From: Gracilinanus agilis
Lineage: Eukaryota
Reading direction: 5' to 3'
Assembly: GCF_016433145.1 (NCBI RefSeq)
Contig: NC_058132.1
Coordinates: 501,795,343 to 501,859,342, forward strand
DNA length: 64,000 bases
This document shows, in pieces, positions 49,782 through 62,625 of this stretch. The notes below the pieces were generated by a model that was not told where the DNA came from, did no database searches, and worked only from the letters and a program-made list of their open reading frames with translations. Numbering within the stretch: the first letter of the stretch is position 1; each line of letters begins with the position of its first letter. The position numbers and the translations under genes are program-made.

Positions 49782-49975
49782 ACCCTTATCTTCCACCTTA
49801 GAATCAATACTAAGTGTTGGTTCTGAGACAGAAGAGCATTAAGGGCTAGGCAATGGGAGTTAAGTGACTTGCCCAGGGTCACACAGCTAGGAAATGTCTC
49901 TGGCTAGATTTGGCCCCAAGGTGTCCCATTGCTAGTCTTGGGTCTCAGGCCACTGAACCACCTACCTCCCCCAGC
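49782..49975 (-). mobile_element. Opossum SINE1-type element
   Basis: Antisense body. Confidence 0.8.
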
Positions 49976-50146
49976 CACCTGGACTCTTGAAGGTTATGGC
50001 AATGGATCGTAAGCTCTGGCAAGTTCTTCTTAGCTAGAAAAATATAGCATATGGGTCTGGTAATGGAACTTATGTCTGTTGTCCAAAGAAGACTTGCTAA
50101 GTTTGGAGAAGTTGATGAATATTTTTGGCCATAATAATTCTTAAAG

Positions 50147-50395
50147 AGGGCAGCTGGGTGGATCAGTAGATAGAGTGCTAAGCCTAGAATCAGGAAGATT
50201 CCTCTTTCTGAGTTCAAATGTGGCCTCCGAAACTTACTAGCTGTGTCTAGGCAATCACTTAACCATTTGCCTCAGTTTTCTCATCTGTAAAATGAGTTGG
50301 AGAAGAAAACAACAAACCATTCCATTATCTTTGCTAAGAAAACCCCAAATGGGGTCACAAAGAGTCAGAAATGACTGAAAAAATGGATGAACAAT
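50147..50395 (+). mobile_element. MAR1-type CORE-SINE
   Basis: Head, CORE and RTE-like tail. Confidence 0.82.
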
Positions 50396-53310
50396 GCTTA
50401 AAGACTAGCTAGCAAGGTGTAGAGGAGTTGCAATGGTCATAAGCAGAGGGAATACTTATAATGATGAACATTTAATTCCTTGGAGCAATGATGTATGAAA
50501 TATAGAAAAAAGAATTTAATACTATCTGAAACTTTCTGGGAAATTCTATTCTCATCTCTGGTCTTTTCTGTGCTCAGATCAGTAGCCCAAATAGTATTCA
50601 TCCAGATTTGACTAGTGCTGGTTCTCCCTTTAAATGTAATAATATATTGTAGCAAGCATTTTAAGATTAAGCTCCATTTTTCTCTCATGCTCTGACACCC
50701 AGGCCTGACCGAGGCCAAGTCAATGGACTTCAGTTTGTAATGGTTCTGCCATATTAAATCATGAACCAACTATGGCCCACAGTTCTTTCCTCCATCTGTT
50801 GGTATTATCTCTTCTGTTTTCAAAAATGGGTTCTCTGCTATAGTGTTCTACCAAATCTTGACTGAGGAAATTTCCACTCATTGTTAGAACTGGAGCAATA
50901 ATAGATAACTTGTTCCTAGGCCCATTTCCCCATGTTCTCAGAATTATTACTAAGAGATCAGCTTCTTTTTGAAAACCCACCTTCCAATGCAGATATTTTA
51001 AATAGAGTAATGATATGTAGTTTCTGCTAACATTAAGGGAACCAGAAACATTGAACGTTGGAGTTAATAATTCCCTTGGAAATCACTTAGTCCAATTTCC
51101 TTCTTTTACACTGAAGAAAAATAAGACCAGAAATATTAATTGACCTGCCGGAGGTTACACAGCTAGTTAATGGCAGAAGTGGAATTAGAACACAAGCCTA
51201 ATACCCCCAATTCTTAATTGTTTCAATATAACATGGATGTTATCTTTCCTCTCAGCCTTTTAACTAAGTATAAAAACTTGTAACTCTTTTAACCAAGTTT
51301 TAAGACTTGTAAATTTAGCCTTAAGTTGCAAATGGAAGGTTTAGCATTTGTTTACCTTTTTATATTACCACAACTACCCAGTTCATCCCAGTGCCTAATT
51401 AACATTATTGACCAGTCATTACCCTCCCAGCTGTGCTTCTGACTTTCTGGGCTTCAGCACTATTCATTTGCTAAAGTCTGACCTTGGAATTTCCCTCAGG
51501 GCCAAAAGCATCTTCACCCTGGAACATCCATCTGCCATGTTAGTTTCCTTCTCCCACTGATGAATTCCTTCCATGGCCTCCATTTTGGAGAAGGGCCCAG
51601 AATGGCCAACTTTCGTTCACCCCTGAGCTGTGCTTCTGACTTTCTGGACTTTAACAACCATGCTCCCAAGTGGGCACCTTCCTCTTTCAGCTCTCTTTTG
51701 ATTTTGTTCATTAAAATGTCTTCCATTATTAAAATGTAAGGGGAGGAATTTTCTTCGTTTTTGCTTATTATTTGTATATTTTAGCTTAGCTAAGTCCCTG
51801 GCATATAGTAAATACTTAATAAATGTTTGTTATCTACCTATGTATAAGACAGTGATCTTTTCTTTTTGACTACTCAAAATGTTACTTATACCTTTCTTAG
51901 AGCTTTTAGCACATATTTCTTAGTATTATAGTATCTAATCTATGCTTCATGAAGGCAGGAATTATGACTCTCTTCCTCTCTCCCACTTTCCCTCTGTTTC
52001 CCTCTCTGCCTCTGTTTCCCTCTCTCCCTCGCTCTCCCTCTCTTTTTCCCTCCCTTCCTCTCCCTCTTTCCCCCCGCTTTCCATTTTCACCTCCTCTAGG
52101 TCTCTCTCATCCATATCTCCCACAACAATTCTATGTGTATAGCTGATACTTGGTAGTCACTGAATGAATGATGATGAGATAGGGAGGGAGGAATGAAAAG
52201 AAGAATTGGCTTCATCAACTTCTAATTTTATTTGCCAGATGCAGCATTGCATTTGATCTATGACCCAAATCAAAACAAAGTAGTTGCCAATCCTCCAAAC
52301 ATGTGTTGAGGCTCATGGATATTCCAAAGATAGCTATAAATATGTAGGTCTCTAGCAGCAAGAATGTGTTGAGATGCTCCTGATCTCACCTCTTAACCCC
52401 AACATTCCATCACAGAGAGCCCTTCTATATTATTTTGCCCTCTTCCCACAAGGCTAAAGGTAGTGCTAATGGATGGTTACAGTAGCTTTTTGAGAAATAA
52501 AATATGAAATATTAATATTCATATTTTTACATAATGCAGTTTAAATTATATTACTACTAATAGTATAGGCTGCATAAATATTGTAATAGGAGGTAGGATA
52601 TCTAGGTTCTAGTCCTCCCTTTTTCTTAACCCTCAGCTGTGTGGCTTTGGGACAAACAACTTTAGATGTGCCACCTATAAAATGGATAAAGATGCATTTT
52701 ATGACTCAAGTCATAGAGACTGGAGATAATCATTGGATATTATTTCTATACCTGAGGTCTATGATTCATATAACATTGTTTTTGTAATTAAATACTGAAT
52801 TATTTTAACTATAAATTAAAGTCTGATTTATCTGCCTAATAAATCAGACTTGTTAAAAACTGATTTATTTAACTGTTACTGAAATAATCTCTCATAACCA
52901 TCAGTTCACAAATGAGATAAATCATATATAACATGTTTACTATTCTAGAATATAAAGATGCTATTGCTTGACCCACTACTAGTAGGAATGGCCTCTGAAT
53001 TGTTTTTCCAGGAATGGCAGGAACTAGATATGTAAAGTGAGTATATGACACACTCTTTCCTTCTTTTTTTCCCTGGCCTCTCACTGAGAAACAGACAAAC
53101 CTTTGGTTACTTGAAAACAATCCTCCAACCTGTGTCCTTTAATGCACATTGGATATGGGGGGGGCAGAGTTTAAAGGGGGGTGAAGGGGGAAGGGGAAAG
53201 CAAAAATAGGAATCATGTAACCATGGAAAATTTTTTCTAAAAAATTAAAATATTTAAATCTTAAAAAAAAAAGAAGACTCCTTAAAGTGGAAGTGGTAAA
53301 CCCCATATTT

Positions 53311-53329
53311 AACCACCAGGGGGCATTGT
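53311..53329 (+). promoter_or_regulatory. CTCF-type motif
   Basis: CCACCAGGGGGCA at 53313-53325 matches the CTCF core. Confidence 0.55.
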
Positions 53330-54889
53330 TAGCCACAAGCCTGATCTTGTTCAACATAAGGAAAAGGTATTAACCAGTCTTGTGCTCTCAGGATTGTGTG
53401 TTCTGACCTTAAACCAGAGGGAACTCTGAGAAAGTACCTAACTCTGGCTCTAAAGCCAGAAGGTAATGTTCTAACCCCTGATGTTTCCCTGTTTTAAGTT
53501 GCAGATGTTAATCTTGTTAGTTTAAGATTTATTTAATCAGAACACCCTCTCAAACCTCCATTTTGTTAGGAAAACTTTCTGAGTCTTATTGATTAGGCTG
53601 AGTATGATGGAGTCAGCTGTGTAAATTATGACATGGTATTTATAATCAACAAACAGTATAAAATAAGCATGAAATAGAATGACTACCATGTGGCTATATC
53701 TATAGTTTATCCATAATTCAAGAGTTTTAGGAGAGATATAATTCTTTTTTTTTTTTTTTTAGTACTATTAGAAACTTCTTCTCCTGCAAATGCAAGAATG
53801 ATTAATTAGTAAGCCACAGCTTCCAAAGGCTGTGCTTCTGGTAGAATAATGGTTAAGCTAGGTGAAACCCATCTACTCAAGACAACTTTGCTCTTTCTAA
53901 TCAAATGGCGACATGGACTTGGGAGAATGTTGCCATAAAAAGAAACTCTTCCAGTTGCTTTTCTGCTTACCAGTTGCTTCACTTTGGCCTCTCTGGCCAT
54001 AATACTTGCTTTATGAACCTTCCCTCATCCAAAGGCACTACAATCTCATGTGGGGAAACTGGCAGCATGTCAGAAATATTCTATCTCTGAAGGTTACCAT
54101 CATGCCTTCTCTCAGCTTTCACCTTCTCTGCCTTCTTGTGTTCTAAAAACCTCCATAACACTTTTTTCATAGGATGAGGGATTGCATTGTTTCTTTCTAG
54201 AGCCATGCTGGCTTTTTAAATTAGTGTTTTGGCTTCATGGGCATTCCCACAGAGCTTTCAGGAGTGGAACTGGTCTTGCTTTCCCACACATATGATCTCA
54301 ACAAAAGGAAGGGGTTGAATGAGAGTAAGTACATTTGTTGTAAAGAAGCCAAGACTCCTTCACATTTCATCCTGTATTTATCCTTTGACCATTGTGTCCC
54401 CTATTCCATTCTCTGCAGATTCTTGATCATCTATATCAGAGAGCTTAAAGGTCACCCAGTCCAATGTCCAATGTCATTTTGTAGATGAGGCCCCAAGGCC
54501 AAAAAAGTGAAGTGTTTTGCCCAGTCATATAGCTAGTTAGTAATAAAATGGGACAAAAATCTGTGTCATTTGAACCCCAACTTAGCGATCTGCAGGAGGC
54601 AGCTATGTGATGGATGCAGTTGATGGGATGATAGAACTAGTTCAAATTCTGCCTCAGTTAAGTGACTTAGCTATATGATCCTAGGCAAGTCCCTTAACCT
54701 TTCTTAACCTTTATTTCTTCATGGGGATAATAACCACACCTCTCTCATAGGGTTGTTGTATCAAATTAGTTAATATATGTAAAATAGACTTTAAAGTTGT
54801 TATTATTAACTATTGTTTGTACTGTACCATGTTGCAGTTATGAGGGAGTTTTTGTGAGCAAGAAAAACATTTAGAAGTCTATTTTTTTT

Positions 54890-55082
54890 AAACCTTTTCC
54901 TTCTATCATAGATTGAGTACTGTATATTGGTTCCAAGACAGAAGAGTGGTAAGGACGAGGCAGTGGGGGTTAAGTGACTTGCCCAGGGTCACACAGCTGA
55001 GAAGTGTCTGAGGGCAGATTTGAACCCAGGATCTTCCATCTCTAGGCCAGACTCTCAATCCATTGACCCACCTAGCTGCCCA
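54890..55082 (-). mobile_element. Opossum SINE1-type element
   Basis: Antisense body. Confidence 0.82.
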
Positions 55083-56104
55083 CTGTAAGCCTGGTCTTGA
55101 TATTTAAAAGCTTTAATCGTTGACACCTTTCTGAGGTATATACTTTTTCTGCATTTGATCTGATTAGATCCTGGTTCTTTTCTTGGACCAGTATTTTCAT
55201 AGTTAAACCACTTTCTACTTCTACTTGACATCAGACTGAATCAAGACCCAGCTGATAAACTCTCCAGAGAGAGCTTATCAATCATCAAGTTAATATGGTT
55301 TAGTGGGATAAGCCAAATTCATAGATTTTTTTCAAGAACATCATTTCTTTTTTCTTATGGTCAACATCAGATGCAACTTTCTAACAAATAATTATTCATT
55401 TAAAAGCACACCTGGACCCTGTGAAAAGTTCATAGTGCATAGCTAGGGACTTGAGTTACAATTTAATAATGCAGAAAATCCATCATTAGAAAAACAGGAG
55501 GGTGTATGCTCTCTGGGAACCTGGTGGTAAGTAATCCCTTGACATATACAGATGTCTATTTAAACATGTTTATATTGCAAAGTGTAGAATAATCTCTTTC
55601 CAATCATTCTTAATGGCTTCCCCCTCTCCCCTCCCCTTTTCTTTTTCTGGCTCTATCCTGGTTAAAGTTTTAAATTCAGCAAGTGAGTTACAGCCAATTT
55701 TTTTCTTTTTTCTTTTGAATGATGATGGACCCAGTCCAGCTCCCCTGCTATGTACCCTCCATATAAGAGTCCTATCCCAAAATGACAAACTAAATACAGT
55801 ATAGAATTAGGAGGACAAAAATCAGAATGTATCATTTCCTGACAGCCAAGCCTTTTAGTTGTATAATAAGTTCATGTATTTTTTAATAATCTATGAGGGC
55901 ATTAGGAAAACCTGCCAGTGGATGAAAAAGACTTCCCACACAGTGTGAGGATTTATTTATTTTTTTGTTTGGAGTGGAGAAAGGATAGACCAAGATCTGA
56001 AATTCCATTGATATTGAGAACTTACCCCAAAGCCTTCCCTCTGTTAGTGCTGTCTTTTGTCACTTATAGTCTATTTTTAAAATTTTAATTAATAACTTTT
56101 TTTA

Positions 56105-57108
56105 TAAAACCCTTACCTTACATCTTAGAATCAATACTGTGTATTGGTTCTAAGTCAGAAGAGTGGTAAGTATAAAAGCTGGGGCACCAGGGATGTTAAA
56201 ATGTGACCTAAATGGTTTGTGGGTACACCCACTGGGTTGAAGGAGAGACAGGACCAACCAGGATAGAGAGACCAGGGTTCACTATTTTTAACTAACACAG
56301 GAATGGCAGTTGGCCCCAACGGTCACCCAGCTTACCCTAGGCCAGGGCCTATGGAACCAGCAGGCAAAAGTAGAGGTTTTTAACAGTTTAATTGTGAGTA
56401 ACTAAATAAAGATGGATAGGGGATTCTGCACTTGAAAACCTAAAGGGCAAACCACAGGGGCAAGGGGAGGACTTGACTACTCTAATTGACCTAAGCCAGG
56501 CAGGGTCCAAAGGAGCAGTACTGGAATCACTGGGAAGGCTGCTTCAAACCTGGTTCCAGCCAGGTTTGACCAGCACAGCTAAAGGGCCTCAGGGTGGCTT
56601 TGGGGCTCATGGTTGTCCAAGGATGATCACAGGATGCCAAGAGCCAAGGTGGTCCAAGGTACCCAGGTAGAGAGAGTGTGCTTGAGATGCTCTCTACCAG
56701 ATCCCAAACCCCTTCTCCACTTGGTGCAGCTCTGCAGGTCTTGTCCACTTGCTGAAAGCCTCCACCACTCAGGATCCCAGGGAATCTGGATGCAGCGTTT
56801 CCTTAACTCTGAAATCTCCCAGGGTTAGCAACAGTTTGTGCCAACCACTAATGGAGTCTCTCTCAGAGCACAAGCTCTACTTCCTGCTCCTTCATTCCAT
56901 CTTGGAATCCTCCAGCCCTTCCTGCTAGGTCCAACACTATTACTAAATAAATTAATAAATAAACCCTCGCAACATAAGGGCTGGGCAATGGGGGTTAAGT
57001 GACTTGCCCAGGGTCACACAGCTGAGAAGTATCTGAGGTTAGATTTGAACCCAAGACCTCCTACCTCTAGGCCTGGCTCTCAATCCATTGAGCCACCCAG
57101 ATGCCCCC
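56105..57108 (-). mobile_element. SINE1-type element split by a solo LTR
   Basis: SINE text stops at gagtggtaag (56170) and resumes taagggctgggcaatggggg (56975). Confidence 0.85.
56171..56974. mobile_element. Solo ERV LTR-like insertion (804 bp)
   Basis: TSD TAAG; ends ...CA but starts TA rather than TG; orientation probably minus. Confidence 0.7.
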
Positions 57109-57301
57109 CCCATTTATAGTCTTTTAGCTTCCTTATTTTGAAGTATGTGAACTTGTTTTTTATTCTTTGTAATTTTAAATTAATTCATTAATTAACTGCT
57201 TAGAACAATCTAATCTGGCCCCTTTACTTCCTCCACAATCTGGACTGGCACCTAAGAATGTGAGCAAAGTAAAAGAATAAGGCTTGTTCAGGCCAGGATG
57301 G

Positions 57302-57343
<42 letters not shown>
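57302..57343. repeat. (ATCT)n tetranucleotide repeat
   Basis: Directly visible. Confidence 0.95.
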
Positions 57344-57344
<1 letters not shown>

Positions 57345-57356
57345 CATCCCTGTGTC

Positions 57357-57657
57357 NNNNNNNNNNNNNNNNNNNNNNNNNNNNNNNNNNNNNNNNNNNN
57401 NNNNNNNNNNNNNNNNNNNNNNNNNNNNNNNNNNNNNNNNNNNNNNNNNNNNNNNNNNNNNNNNNNNNNNNNNNNNNNNNNNNNNNNNNNNNNNNNNNNN
57501 NNNNNNNNNNNNNNNNNNNNNNNNNGNNNNNNNNNNNNNNNNNNNNNNNNNNNNNNNNNNNNNNNNNNNNNNNNNNNNNNNNNNNNNNNNNNNNNNNNNN
57601 NNNNNNNNNNNNNNNNNNNNNNNNNNNNNNNNNNNNNNNNNNNNNNNNNNNNNNNNN
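57357..57657. other. Assembly gap
   Basis: N run with one called base. Confidence 1.
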
Positions 57658-58189
57658 TTATCATTTCGTCCCTCTCCTGGACATCTGATTGGTAAATAGT
57701 TACTGAGGAGATGGACTTAGAGATCCCAGCACCTTCCTCATTACTTCAACAAAGGAGGAGGTGGGCCTTTGTTCATACAAGGAAAGGTGCCAACCCACTC
57801 TTTCCTCCTTGCCCCATGACTGGTCCACTGTAGTCCAAGATGGCAGTTAGTGCTCACTGACTTTTCTCACTTAAGAGAGATGAACTTGTTTTCTTAAAAA
57901 AAAAATTGTATTCCTATGTAATTGGTTTCCTTTGTAATCCAATGTATTTTACTTTATATGTTGAAATTTCTTTCACTTTATACATTTAAAAACATTATTC
58001 CTTTAAAGAGTCCATAGACCTTGTTAAACTGTCATGGGGGGCCGTGGCACAGAAAAGATGAATTATCTTATCTTAGAGAATTGCCTGAGTCTACTAAGGG
58101 ATTAAGTATTTGCCCAATGTTATACTGCCAGTATGTATAGCAGGCAGGACTAAAAACAAACCAGATATTCTTTTTTTCTTTTTTCTTTT

Positions 58190-58430
58190 TTTCTTTTATT
58201 ATTGATTCATTAAGAAAATTTTTCCAAGGTCACATGATTCATGTTCTTTCCCTCCCATCCTCCCACCCCCTCCCATAGCCAATGAGCAATTCCACTGGGT
58301 TTTATGCATGTCATTGATCAAGACCTATTTCCATATTATTGATATTTGCACCAGGGTAATTGTTTAGAGTCAACATCTCCAGTCATATCCCCATCGACCC
58401 ATGTGAACAAGCAGTTGTTTTTCTTCTGCC
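58190..58430 (-). mobile_element. Opossum L1 3' end
   Basis: ggtcacatgattcatg...cccatgtgaacaagcagttg antisense L1 3' UTR. Confidence 0.85.
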
Positions 58431-59017
58431 AAACCAGATGTTCTTGACTAGTTGGCCATTGCTCCATCCAAAACACTGTATTGCCGCTTGGTTTTGACAT
58501 TACTTTGGAAATACTTGACTCCTACAAATGCTGGTTAGGAACAATAAACACCTGGATATACCTGTGTGCATGGGAGAGAGCAGAGATTCATAATAAACCA
58601 CAGGACTCTGGGCATATGAAAAGGAATCTCCAGGTTTGAGCATACATTGCCTTGAAAACGATATTTATTATTTATAGATTTTCAACCTCTGAGCCTCACT
58701 CTTCCCCACCCTCCGACTCTAAGCCCTTCTATGACAGTCCTCATTTATCTTCAGAGGCAATGTAATTAAGTAGTGATGTCATTCTGAGATAATTTTTCCA
58801 TGACACCCGGGGATGCTAAAGTACTAGAAGCTGGCTCACCTGTCCAGGTTCTGTTGCAGGAGACAAAATGAAGGCTGGAACCCGGCTCTCTGCCTCCCAC
58901 TTCCTGGCTCTCTCAGTCAGCACTATTAGCTTTTGTAGCAAAGGTTTATAATTTATATATATATGCATATATGTGTATTTTTTTCATCTATTCTACTACA
59001 GGGCTATCTATAGTTAT

Positions 59018-59270
59018 GGGAAAGTATGCCAGGAGAAGCCACTTTCTACTTTTATAAATAGAATTTTATACATAATGTGAATTCCCTATCCTTTATAGCT
59101 TGTGATTTATGATACTCCACATTGTGAATTTTCTGTGGGAAAGCTTGATTTCTTGTTCTTACTGACAGAATCAATAATTCTGGGCACTTGGTTCCTTTGT
59201 TGATATATCTTTCTGATTTGGGGGAAATGTTATTGATAAAGGTTTTGGTTTTGGTTTTTTTCCCCAATGA
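59018..59270 (-). repeat. Left arm of a ~250-bp inverted repeat (partner 62295-62546)
   Basis: Reverse complement of 62295-62546 with about six differences. Confidence 0.93.
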
Positions 59271-60521
59271 TAACCATCATTATCTTGAAAGGCAGTAGAA
59301 ATAGTATTGGATTCAAAATCAAGAGGACTGGATTCAAAACCAGCCGCTACTACTATGTGACCTCAGGCAAGTTGCTCTCTGAGCCTTAGTTACCCCATGT
59401 GTAAAATAAGGATCTATTATTACTACATGGCTTCTGATGATCTTTCCAGCTATAAATGTATTCACCTAAAATTTAACTAATAGGCTACGCCAATGTGCAA
59501 AGGAGAAAATTGATGATGGGTCATCGATATCATCTTTAATAGGTCATGTGCAATCTCAAAAACACTTATTAAGTGGACCATTTCTGCTATATTTGCTCCC
59601 CTCAGTAAAGCTCCTTTGAATTTATTTTGTAAATGAGATGAGTATTTTGAAAATAAAGTAATATGAGTTGCAATTTCTCTCCTTTAAAAGAAGCTGAATT
59701 TAAATGGGCTTTTTACCCACCTTCCAGCCCTAAGTGTGTATATGTTCCTAAGAAATTATTCATGTGGATTTGGGTTTGTTCTTGTACCATACTGACAGGT
59801 CGAATGCATTATGCATTGTGGAGGTTAATATACCCAACCCATACATTACAGCTGACATGACGGCGCTCTAAAATATTCATCATATTCACAAGCCGTCCAT
59901 GTTCACTAAAGCAAATAAACTACCAACAATGGAGCTCTAAACAAAGGAAAAATCAGAAAACAGCATCGACAAATGGCGCAAAAGCAACAAGGTACAATAA
60001 CATCTCCTCGGCTTTCCTTCATTCTTCAACATTGCTTTCTAGGCTACAAATTATCATCCAGCTAAAGAGTATCCAAAGAAAGGCCCATGCCACTCAGCCA
60101 ACAAGCAAGGGAAGAGACCAGAAGGTTTCTTTCTCTCTGCAGCTCCTTCCATTCCTTTCTCTCTATCTCAGAAGCCCAGGGCTGAGATCAAGACTGCCAA
60201 AATTCTAAGCCTGTGGTTCCACAGAGTCTCAAGATTCCAACGGAGGGGTTTAAGTCACTAAGCCTCCTCGGCTACTTTAGAGAAAATAGTGACACATACT
60301 GGGCACGAACAAGGAGTTCCAGTGCTTAAAGGATTTCACTTCTAAATCCATCATTTGTACTAGAGGCCATGGCAGCTCAGGGGAGGTGTGTCAGAAGTCA
60401 GATGAGATCTTAAAGGGTTCCTGGTCTGGTAATTCTTTTTATTTGGGAGTAAGAAAAAGCAGCAGGGAAACAGAGTTTTAATTGATCCAGGGAGGGGCAT
60501 GACTGTGTGTCTTTTGATGAG

Positions 60522-60640
60522 GAGGACTGCCATGATTATTATTGTTATTATTATCATTACAATTATTATTATTATGACAGCAATCCAATCTCTGGCCAGG
60601 TTCAGAGCCCAAGCAAGTATAATAGAGAAGGACTACCATA

Positions 60641-60678
<38 letters not shown>

Positions 60679-61069
60679 TACAATTATTATTTTTACAACA
60701 GCAATCCAATCTCTGGCCAGGTTCAGAGCCCAAGAAAATATAATAGAGAAGGAGTGCCTTAATTATTGTTGTTATTGTTATTATTATCATTATAATTATT
60801 ATTATTATGATAGCAATTCAATCTCTGGCCAGGTTCAGAGTCCAAGCAAGTATAATAGAGAAGGGGGACTGCCATAATTATTATTATTGTTATTATTATT
60901 ATCACAATTATTATTATTACAATAGCAATTCAATCTCTGACCAGGTCAGAGTCCAAGAAAATATAATAGAGAAGGGGGACTGTCATTATTATTATTGTTG
61001 TTAATAATAATATCATTATAATTATTATTATTACAATAGCAATCCAATCTCTGGCTATGTTCAGAGCCC
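60522..61069. repeat. Compound minisatellite, five units
   Basis: (ATT)-rich tract plus conserved core agcaatccaatctctggccaggttcagagcccaag...tataatagagaagg. Confidence 0.95.
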
Positions 61070-61105
61070 TAGGTATCTCCAAAGTAATGTCAAAACCAAG
61101 AGGCA

Positions 61106-61294
61106 AGGGTAGCTCAGTGGACTGAGAGTCAGGCCTAGAGACAGGAAGTCCTAGGTTCAAATTTGGCCTCAGACACTTCCCAGCTGTGTGGCCCTGGGCA
61201 AGTCACTCGACCCCCATTGCCCACCCTTACCCCTCTTCCACCAAGGAACCAATACACAGAAGTTAAAGGTTTAAAAAAAAAGAATTAAAAAAAA
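61106..61294 (+). mobile_element. Young SINE1_Mdo-type element with TSD
   Basis: TSD aaaaccaagaggca at 61092-61105 and 61295-61308. Confidence 0.9.
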
Positions 61295-62148
61295 AAAACC
61301 AAGAGGCAATAGAGGTAATTAGAACATTTGACTTAATCTGAATGACACTTCTATTGGACCTGGACATGCACTCTGGCTAGGGTACTTCCTATGGAGTTGA
61401 ACATTTACCATGTCCCCTTCCACTGACCTCATGATTGGGATGCTTTTTTTTTTCGATCTTTAATTTCTGTCTAGTAACAACTCTAAGATGAAAGGGCAAG
61501 GGCTAAGCAAATGTGATTAAGTGACTTACCCCAGCTCACATAGCTCTGGAGAGCCTGAGGTCAGATTTGAACCCAAGTCCTTTCAAATCCAGGTCTGATG
61601 TTCTATCCCCTGAGCCACCTACCTGCCCTGAATAAAATATTTCTGATAGTCCATATGTCTGGGCCCCTTAATGAAGAGCACGCCTGAACATGGACTCATG
61701 ATTGGTCATTTGGTCCCTAGAATGGGACGTGGAAGGAGGCTGGTTCACTGTACCAAAGATTAGCCATCTAGCAGAAGAGCTACCCACTAAGGAGACTTTA
61801 AAGAGAAGAAACTTTTCGTATCTTCACCTGTCAAGCTTGCAGAGTAGTCTGAATCTTTGAATTGTCTTTCACAACATTCCTAATAGAAGGGGTGGCAGGG
61901 AGGGATCTCACTCTCTATTTCCCCTGATGGGCATGATTGCTTTTCCGTGGCCAATCTACATTACACAGAGAATAGTGAGGTGCAATAACAGGATTTGGAG
62001 TCAAAGGTCTCAGTTTGAAACCTAGCCCTGCTGCTTATTACAAGTTTAACCTTTGAAAATCCCTGACCTTTCTGGGTCTCGGGTTTATCCGTTAAATGAG
62101 GTGCTTAGATGAGATGACCTCCAAGATGCCATCCAGCTGCTAGATCTT

Positions 62149-62201
<53 letters not shown>

Positions 62202-62294
62202 CATTTATTTTTATTATTATTAATTATATATTTTTATATATTTATATATATTTTACTATATATATATATTTATATTTTTTATTATATATATCTC

Positions 62295-62546
62295 TCATTG
62301 GGGGAAAAAACAAAACCAAAACCTTTATCAATAACATTTCCCCCAAATCAGAAAGATATGTCAGCAAAGGAACCAATTGCCCAGAATTATTGATACTGTC
62401 AGTAAGAACAAGAAATCAAGCTTTCCCACAGAAAATTCACAATGTGGAGTATCATAAATCACAAGCTATAAAGGATAGGGAATTCACATTATGTATAAAA
62501 TTCTATTTATAAAAGTAGAAAGTGGCTTCTCCTGGCATACTTTCCC
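62295..62546 (+). repeat. Right arm of a ~250-bp inverted repeat (partner 59018-59270)
   Basis: ORFs 59052..59267(-) and 62174..62512(+) share an almost identical translation; arm ends at the single N at 62547. Confidence 0.93.
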
Positions 62547-62547
62547 N

Positions 62548-62625
62548 CTCCTCTCCTCTCCTCTCCTCTCCTCTCCTCTCCTCTCCTCTCCTCTCCTCTC
62601 CTCTCTTCTCCTCTCCTCTCCTCTC
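62548..62625. repeat. (CTCTC)n pentanucleotide repeat
   Basis: Directly visible. Confidence 0.95.

Noticed and set aside
50460-50530. C/D-box-like ATGATGA...CTGA spacing
   Set aside because: No terminal stem; AT-rich context makes the motifs likely chance.
50759-50980. Peptide DLVEHYSREPIF resembling the SH2 C-terminal helix of NCK (ELVEHYKKAPIF)
   Set aside because: Flanking residues do not align, no good acceptor, no other SH2 exons; treated as coincidence.
60522-61069. CRISPR-like repeat/spacer appearance of the minisatellite
   Set aside because: Eukaryotic DNA; the 'spacers' are related ATT microsatellites, not unique sequences, and there are no cas genes.
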